DNA of 64,000 nucleotides from an uncultured Gemmatimonadaceae bacterium (GTDB lineage Bacteria; Gemmatimonadota; Gemmatimonadetes; Gemmatimonadales; Gemmatimonadaceae): NCBI GenBank assembly GCA_963781585.1, contig CAWAGQ010000009.1, positions 91,566 to 155,565 of the forward strand, read 5' to 3'. Shown piece by piece: positions 58,779 to 64,000 of this stretch (position 1 is its first letter; each line of letters starts with the position of its first letter). The notes under the pieces were generated by a model. It saw only the letters and a program-made list of their open reading frames with translations, ran no database searches and was not told where the DNA came from. The position numbers and the translations under genes were made by a program.

Positions 58779-58859
58779 CACTCGACGTATTCTCTCCGGA
58801 AGGACGTTCCATCGCCGCCCGGAGTGCCCGCTGGTCGAGACGCCAGACTAACCCGTGAG

Positions 58860-58990
58860 GGAATCAGCTCAGGCAATACCACATCGGCCGTTCCAACCGC
58901 CGATTCCGCAGCCGGAAGAACATCGCGCCCCGCACTTCGCAGGGCAGGCACCGTCTCGAGTGGAATGTTTTCGTCCGCCAAGAGCCGCAT
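58860..58990 (-). pseudogene. DUF5615 PIN-like toxin, truncated
   Basis: MRLLADENIP..V..LRSAG.DV N-terminus only. Confidence 0.65.
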
Positions 58991-59228
58991 TATGCCGCCA
59001 CTGGGCAAGCGAGGAGAACGACCTGTTCGTGGAGTCCTCTGCGGCGTAGGCGAAGACCGCCCGCAACGCCTCATCCGTAATCTGCGGATAGCCCGCCCGC
59101 AGTTGCTCACAGGGGACACCCTTCGGCGAGCAACTCTAACATGAGATCGACGCCAGCCGCGTCCCGCGGAGCACCGGCTTGCCGCCCTGGACTCCTGGCT
59201 CGGCGTGGACATGTTCGGTCCAACTCAT
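58990..59228 (-). pseudogene. DUF433 antitoxin, frameshifted
   Basis: MSWTEHV..EPGVQGGKPVLRGTRL / LELLAEG / YPQITDEALRAVFAYAA in different frames. Confidence 0.7.
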
Positions 59229-59310
59229 CGTCGCAGGTGAGGGCGAAGGCGCACGTCCGAAGGAGTGCCGTTGGACAAGGCCGTGGGCGCCCACACCGGG
59301 CACTGCCGCA

Positions 59311-60234
59311 CTACAGCGGCTTTCGCGGAACGAGCACGCTTGCCGAGCTGTCGGCTGGGTGGCTTCCCCGCTTCCAGTCCCAATCCAGACCGGGTTTCAG
59401 CACGATGTACACCGCATTGTTGGTCCCCAACCCGGGCATCGACGTGTCCCAGCAGTTCACATACCGGATCTCAGCGATATCCCCGGCCCGGATCGAGACG
59501 AGAACGGAATCCACCAGATCCGGCTCCGGTGTTGCCTTCCGCGCGCCGCGGACGACGTGCACCCGGCCACTTCCCATGACGCCCCGCTGGGCCGCGCTCG
59601 CGAACGCCGCCATCCACAGCACCCGCCGACCGTTGACCCAGACGTTGTCGACCGGCTCGCTCGGACACCTCCCCTTGTCGCCAAGCATGTCGGGTCGAAG
59701 CTTCCGAAGCGCGTCGTAGGCATCGCGAATCGTGCGCCCCTTGGTGCTCGCGATCTCTGCCGAGTCCAGGAAGTAGTTCTTTCCGCGTGCCGAGGCCTCG
59801 ACCCGGACTGATGGTAGCTCGTTCGGGGACGCAGCCCTGAGAATCAGATTGATGTTCACCGTGTCGCGCCCATCGACGAAAAGGCTTGTCTCGACCGGCG
59901 CAAACCCGATCTTGCGCGCGAGAATCGAGTACCTTGCCGAGTCGTGTGGGACCAGGAAGGTGAAATGACCTTTCGCGTCGGTATTGCCGGTGAGCATCGC
60001 GCCAACGCCCTGCTTGACGATGAACAGCGTTGTGGCGTCGAGGGGCGCCCCGTCACTGCCGGCGACGTTCACACGAACCTGCCTCGGCACAGCTCCCTGC
60101 GCGACGATCAACCCGGGCAGCGCCGCGGCGAACGCAGCTTGCAACGAGAACATCGCCGCTCGCCGGGCGAACCTGAAGGGCTGCACGCGTCGCACTCGAT
60201 ACGAGTCTCGCACTATCGCGAACTGGCTGGCCAT
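59311..60234 (-). CDS. Short carboxypeptidase-regulatory-like domain protein (paralog of 49835-50743)
   Basis: Near-identical protein and shared ~40-bp upstream sequence. Confidence 0.72.
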   Translation of the reverse strand: MASQFAIVRDSYRVRRVQPFRFARRAAMFSLQAAFAAALPGLIVAQGAVPRQVRVNVAGSDGAPLDATTLFIVKQGVGAMLTGNTDAKGHFTFLVPHDSARYSILARKIGFAPVETSLFVDGRDTVNINLILRAASPNELPSVRVEASARGKNYFLDSAEIASTKGRTIRDAYDALRKLRPDMLGDKGRCPSEPVDNVWVNGRRVLWMAAFASAAQRGVMGSGRVHVVRGARKATPEPDLVDSVLVSIRAGDIAEIRYVNCWDTSMPGLGTNNAVYIVLKPGLDWDWKRGSHPADSSASVLVPRKPL

Positions 60235-60289
60235 GCGTCCGGAATTGCGGGGAGTTCGGTAACGGCGAGTATGCGGTGCGATCGACACC

Positions 60290-60442
60290 TCAACGGCCTG
60301 AAACGGCGATCCATCGACCTTGTTCAACGTTGAAGCGCGCGTGGATCGACTCGTCCGGCCGGAAGAGGCGCGCTTCGATCGCCTGTCCGGGTGCTGTTCG
60401 GAGGAGCAGTTCCAGAATCCTCGAGGCGTCGACGACGATCAC
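60290..60442 (-). pseudogene. VapC/PIN toxin, 3'-truncated
   Basis: GTG overlapping the antitoxin stop; MIVVDASRILELLLRT...ESIHA then unrelated sequence. Confidence 0.7.
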
Positions 60443-60669
60443 CGCGCCTGGCGCTCGGCCCTCAGTGCGGCGCTGGGACGTTGGGGAACGCGTAATTGCT
60501 CCAGCAGCGCCAGCCGCTCGCGCAACTCCGCGGGCGTGAGCCGCTCGGCACTCAGCTCGAGCTCGCGCCGGAGATACTCCGACAGGGACATGCCCGCCAT
60601 GGCAGCGCGGGCCCGCAGCCTCCGGTGGAGAGCGTCAGGGACGTGGCGAATCTGGATCATCTTGGACAT
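60439..60669 (-). CDS. FitA-like ribbon-helix-helix antitoxin
   Basis: MIQIRHVPDALHRRLRARAA.AG.SLSEYL. Confidence 0.85.
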   Translation of the reverse strand: MSKMIQIRHVPDALHRRLRARAAMAGMSLSEYLRRELELSAERLTPAELRERLALLEQLRVPQRPSAALRAERQAR

Positions 60670-60898
60670 GTGGTGATCCTGACTGCATGTGGGCCACAAA
60701 TCAATGCATCAGGACCTCTTCCGGCTACTTCGGCAGCGACGTCCACGCACACCGCGCAGGGTCGATCCGGAATCGATGCCTGTCCGCGGCCGATTCGCCT
60801 TGACGCGCAACTCTCTGCACCTGCACACCAGCATGTCGCCCGCTATCGCCGTACGCGGCAGAGGATCCGGATACCACTCCCGTCGGCTCCGCGCCGCT

Positions 60899-61427
60899 TC
60901 ACTCGCCCGCCGGAAACCTCGCCTCCACAGCACGCCGGAACGCGGGCGAATCAATCGCCGGGAATCGATACAGGTACGGTTCGATCCGCCGGAAGTATTC
61001 CCGCACGCGTACCGGATCGATCAATCCGCGAGCGACCATCGCCGAGACGTCGCCAGCGTCCTGCTGGTGTCCGCGCTCGATCTTCGCCAGAGCCTGCGCA
61101 TAGAAATCGAAGTGGAAGAACGATACGGGCCCATGCTGCGCCACGAAGACCCCGCGATCTTCCCAGCCGGGTGGCACCGGGAGAAAGTCCGCCGGCGAGG
61201 CAAGCTCCACATTCACCTGGAGCCGCTCCTTCAGTTCCGGAATGGCTCGGAGCATTGCATCCGAATCCGGGACCAACTTGATGTCGACGTCGATCGTACT
61301 CGCACGCCATCCCAGGAGCACCGCGCTGGCGCCTCCCGTGAAGTAGATCCGACCCCGCATCACGGGCCGCTTCACCGAGCGCGACCATCAGCGAGTGGAT
61401 GCACCCCGCGTCAGCTAACCCGCGCAT
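60899..61427 (-). pseudogene. Nucleotidyltransferase (DUF6036-like), frameshift near 61360
   Basis: YFTGGASAVLLG..STIDVD; ALAKIERGH..D..D; N-terminus MRGLADA.. in another frame. Confidence 0.65.
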
Positions 61428-61705
61428 TCGGCGGCGCGCTCGAAGCTCACCAGACGCCGAATGAGCGCGTTGTAGCGCGAGTGCGCTCCCTCGGGTTCCT
61501 CGGCGGAGAGCCGTTCGTACAGTCGATGCTCGGCATCGGGAATCGGCGCGCTGACCGGTATGCCGATGCGCACCAGTCGCGGGGCCCCGATCGACACCAG
61601 GAGCGCAGCGACGCTGTCACGACCCGCCGCAAGGTCCGCAAGGCCGCGCTCGATCAGCTCTGCGCCGGGAAGCCCGGCGATGTCGCCAAGGTGCAGCCAC
61701 GCCAT
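61415..61705 (-). CDS. Small hypothetical protein, partner of the nucleotidyltransferase
   Basis: LPGAELI..GL.DL..G...ALLV.IGAPRL..AHSRYNALIRRLVSFE; overlaps the NTase start. Confidence 0.7.
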   Translation of the reverse strand: MAWLHLGDIAGLPGAELIERGLADLAAGRDSVAALLVSIGAPRLVRIGIPVSAPIPDAEHRLYERLSAEEPEGAHSRYNALIRRLVSFERAAECAG

Positions 61706-61731
61706 GCCGGGAATATACCGCGCAACATCGA

Positions 61732-62700
61732 CTATTCATGCCGTGCCGGCCGGGGTGGCGACCCGGGTCGTGCCAATCGCCATCGGACCACGGTGGGCAC
61801 GCCATCCGCATCGGTCCTCAGGCCCCAGACACCACGGTCAATCGTCACCAGTCGCACGTTGCCTGGCACCAGCACTCGCGCCACCGCAACCCCCTGCACG
61901 CTCACGATGAGCCACGTGAACCCCGCGTCCCTCCTCGCCGCGCGGAGCCACACCGTGCCGTCCGATCCGACGAGCACCTCGGCGATCGGCGAGCGATAGC
62001 GCGGAACAAGGAGGCCCCTGCGGACGTCCTGTTCGGCCAGATGGAGCTGACGCGCGCGGACCGTGACCGTGCTGTCGACGACGTGCGATGTAACGGCTTC
62101 GTGGGCAAACGCGACCATGCGCCGATAGACCACGCGCTTGTCCGAGCGACGCAGGACGATGCGCACGGAGTCGCCCCCCACCTCGTCGGATCCCACGTCG
62201 ACGACCGCGATGAACCTGCCGTCGGGAGAGATGCCGTAGAGCGCATCCTGGGTGAACGGTTGGGTGGTGTAGTACTCCGCCAGTCTCCATTCCGTGGATG
62301 TTGTCAGAATGTCGACGATGGTGTCGGGATCGGAGCCATCCCAGCGCACACGCAGAATCGCGTGCTCGGAGGTGGTAGCCGTGCGTCGGGTAAAGGTCGG
62401 CAGGATCGCCGTGCCGTCGCGGAAGAGTGCCGCCGGCATGTTGAAGGCCGCTCCCCCCGGAGGCTGAACGCGCCACGCATGAACAAAACGCCCGGCGGCG
62501 TCGAAGAGGCTGACTTGGGACGTCATGGCGTCGACGCCGTAGACGGAGTCGCCCACCGCACCGATCCTGCCGAGGAACTGAAACTCGCCCGGGCCATGTC
62601 CCTGGCCGCCCATGGTGCGGAGGTGCGAGCCGTTGGGAGAGAAAAACGAGGATGCGGGAGGGTTGGCTGGTGGCGACGCAGACGTCTCCGCTCTCGGTGA
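61732..62700 (-). pseudogene. Beta-propeller-like protein lacking its N-terminus
   Basis: RILVFSPNG..RTMGGQGHGPGEF; DGTVWL; RTDADGVPTVVRW; no signal peptide, in-frame stop upstream. Confidence 0.65.
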
Positions 62701-62705
62701 GTCGA

Positions 62706-62846
62706 ATGCGGATTCAGCTCAGCGCGGAACAGCGCCGTCAGCTCAAGCGCTGGGCACACTACCGCGGGATTTCGCGCGCCGAGGCGGTCCGGCGCTGCGT
62801 GGCCGAGCGGCTGGCGGCCGACTTTGGGCTACATCGCCTGGCCTGA
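62706..62846 (+). pseudogene. CopG/RHH-like fragment
   Basis: MRIQLSAEQRRQLKRWA..RGISRAEAVRRCV. Confidence 0.5.
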
Positions 62847-62863
62847 GAACACAGCCGCCCGCC

Positions 62864-62892
62864 TTGACCAGATGGACTAGTCAGAGTAGTCT
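62864..62892 (+). promoter_or_regulatory. phd-vapC promoter with palindrome
   Basis: TTGACC-17-TAGTCT; GACTAGTC palindrome in the spacer. Confidence 0.55.
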
Positions 62893-62899
62893 TCCGCGC

Positions 62900-63169
62900 A
62901 TGGCATCCAAACACCCGGTGTGGCAGCTCCATGAAGCCAAGGCCCGCTTCAGTGACCTGTTCCGGCGCGTGCGGACCGAGGGGCCGCAACGCGTGGTGAA
63001 GCAGGGCGGCGAGGCCGTCGTCGTCGTACCCGCCGAAGACTTCGACCGGACCGATGCACAGGCTGGCCAGCCCCGATCGCTCGCCGAATTCTTCCGCGCG
63101 GCGCCGACGGGCGGCCGCCGGCTCGACCTCACGCGCCGCCGTGACACGACGCGAACGATCACGTGGTAG
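62900..63169 (+). CDS. Phd/YefM antitoxin
   Basis: WQLHEAKARFSDL..V.TEGPQ.V. Confidence 0.88.
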   Translation: MASKHPVWQLHEAKARFSDLFRRVRTEGPQRVVKQGGEAVVVVPAEDFDRTDAQAGQPRSLAEFFRAAPTGGRRLDLTRRRDTTRTITW

Positions 63170-63609
63170 CCCCCGCCACCGGGTTTCTGCTCGACACCAA
63201 CGTCATCTCGGAGCTGATGAAGCGCAGGGCACACCGCGGCGTCGTGGCGTGGATCGACGACACGGCCGAGCCGTTGCTCCACCTGAGCGTCATCACCATC
63301 GGCGAAATCCGGAAAGGCATTGATCTGCTGGACGAGGCGGACCCGCGGCGGGCGGCGCTGCAGGCGTGGTTGGACCGCGATGTGCGCCTGCGCTTTGCCC
63401 GGCGCCTCCTTCCGTTCGATGATGCGGTGGCCGAGCGCTGGGGACAGCTCGAGGCGCTGATGAAACGCCGGCGGGTGACCATTCCCACGATCGACTTGCA
63501 GCTCGCGGCGACGGCGCTGCAGCACGGGCTGACCCTGGTGACGCGCAACACGAGCGATATCGCGCCGACGGGGGTGCCCCTGTTCGATCCCTGGAGCAGG
63601 CGCGGCTGA
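63163..63609 (+). CDS. vapC: VapC/PIN toxin
   Basis: FLLDTNVISE, SVITIGEI, DLQLAATAL.HGLTLVTRN. Confidence 0.9.
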   Translation: MVAPATGFLLDTNVISELMKRRAHRGVVAWIDDTAEPLLHLSVITIGEIRKGIDLLDEADPRRAALQAWLDRDVRLRFARRLLPFDDAVAERWGQLEALMKRRRVTIPTIDLQLAATALQHGLTLVTRNTSDIAPTGVPLFDPWSRRG

Positions 63610-63810
63610 CGGGGCGGCGTGGCGAGAGAAGTCGGGGCGGTGACCAATGGCCTCGCGCTGCCCGGGATGGGTCATCGCATGCCGCACCCCGCTCGGACGC
63701 GAACAACCGGTCAGGCTTTACCGCGCCGGACTGCAGTCTCCCGCCCCTATCTATCCCGCCCGGGGTCGCCAGATTTCATGCTACCTAACAACTTCAACGG
63801 AGTCTCTTCG

Positions 63811-64000
63811 ATGCGTGGTTTCACCTCTGTATGCGTTGCGGCCGCGACCGTAGCGTTGATGGCCTGTGCCAAAGCCGAGAATACCCCAGCGGACACGGCC
63901 GCCGCCGCGGCGCCGCCGCCACCGGCAGCGGTCACCGTTGCCGACTTCGCCGGCACCTGGGCGATGAAAGCGACCAACGAGGCCGGAGACAGCGTCCTCG
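63811..64000 (+). CDS. Lipoprotein, partial (runs off the window)
   Basis: MRGFTSVCVAAATVALMAC lipobox; ADFAGTW. Confidence 0.7.
   Translation, partial: MRGFTSVCVAAATVALMACAKAENTPADTAAAAAPPPPAAVTVADFAGTWAMKATNEAGDSVL

Noticed and set aside
1..64000. rRNA, tRNA or prophage genes
   Set aside because: No recognisable conserved RNA-gene sequences or phage structural genes

Overview
High-GC bacterial DNA, probably Gemmatimonadota (inferred from ADOP-type permeases, carboxypeptidase-regulatory/plug-domain proteins and receiver-AraC regulators; not proven). Bases 1-33.2 kb are ordinary housekeeping and catabolic genes: 2 ADOP permeases, an Xre/RES toxin-antitoxin (TA) pair, GH31, 2 M28 peptidases, a WtpA/ModA-like binding protein, an MFS transporter, AlkA, an M15A peptidase, a GMC oxidoreductase, an amidohydrolase and a PQQ dehydrogenase. 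Bases 33.2-63.6 kb form an accessory region of four tandem modules transcribed on the minus strand. Each module begins at an identical 23-bp element (ACGCGGTGGGACATTTCATTGAC on the minus strand) that runs into a sigma70-type promoter, and drives variable, visibly lower-GC cargo. The cargo comprises six small signal-peptide-bearing Cys-rich peptides (two pairs sharing 8-Cys frameworks), 6-7 divergent exported beta-propeller-like proteins, three CxxC thiol-disulfide oxidoreductases and an S33-like peptidase. The modules are separated by duplicated scaffold DNA: AraC-type regulators with a conserved promoter and uORF, barrel-less TonB-plug proteins, and many intact or decayed TA genes. This disulfide-rich peptide / propeller / Dsb cassette array is the best candidate for an undescribed system. 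The octamer CGTTAGGC is also strongly over-represented across the window. Several frameshifts may be assembly indels. No rRNA, tRNA or CRISPR array was seen. All family calls come from motif recognition by eye, not database searches.
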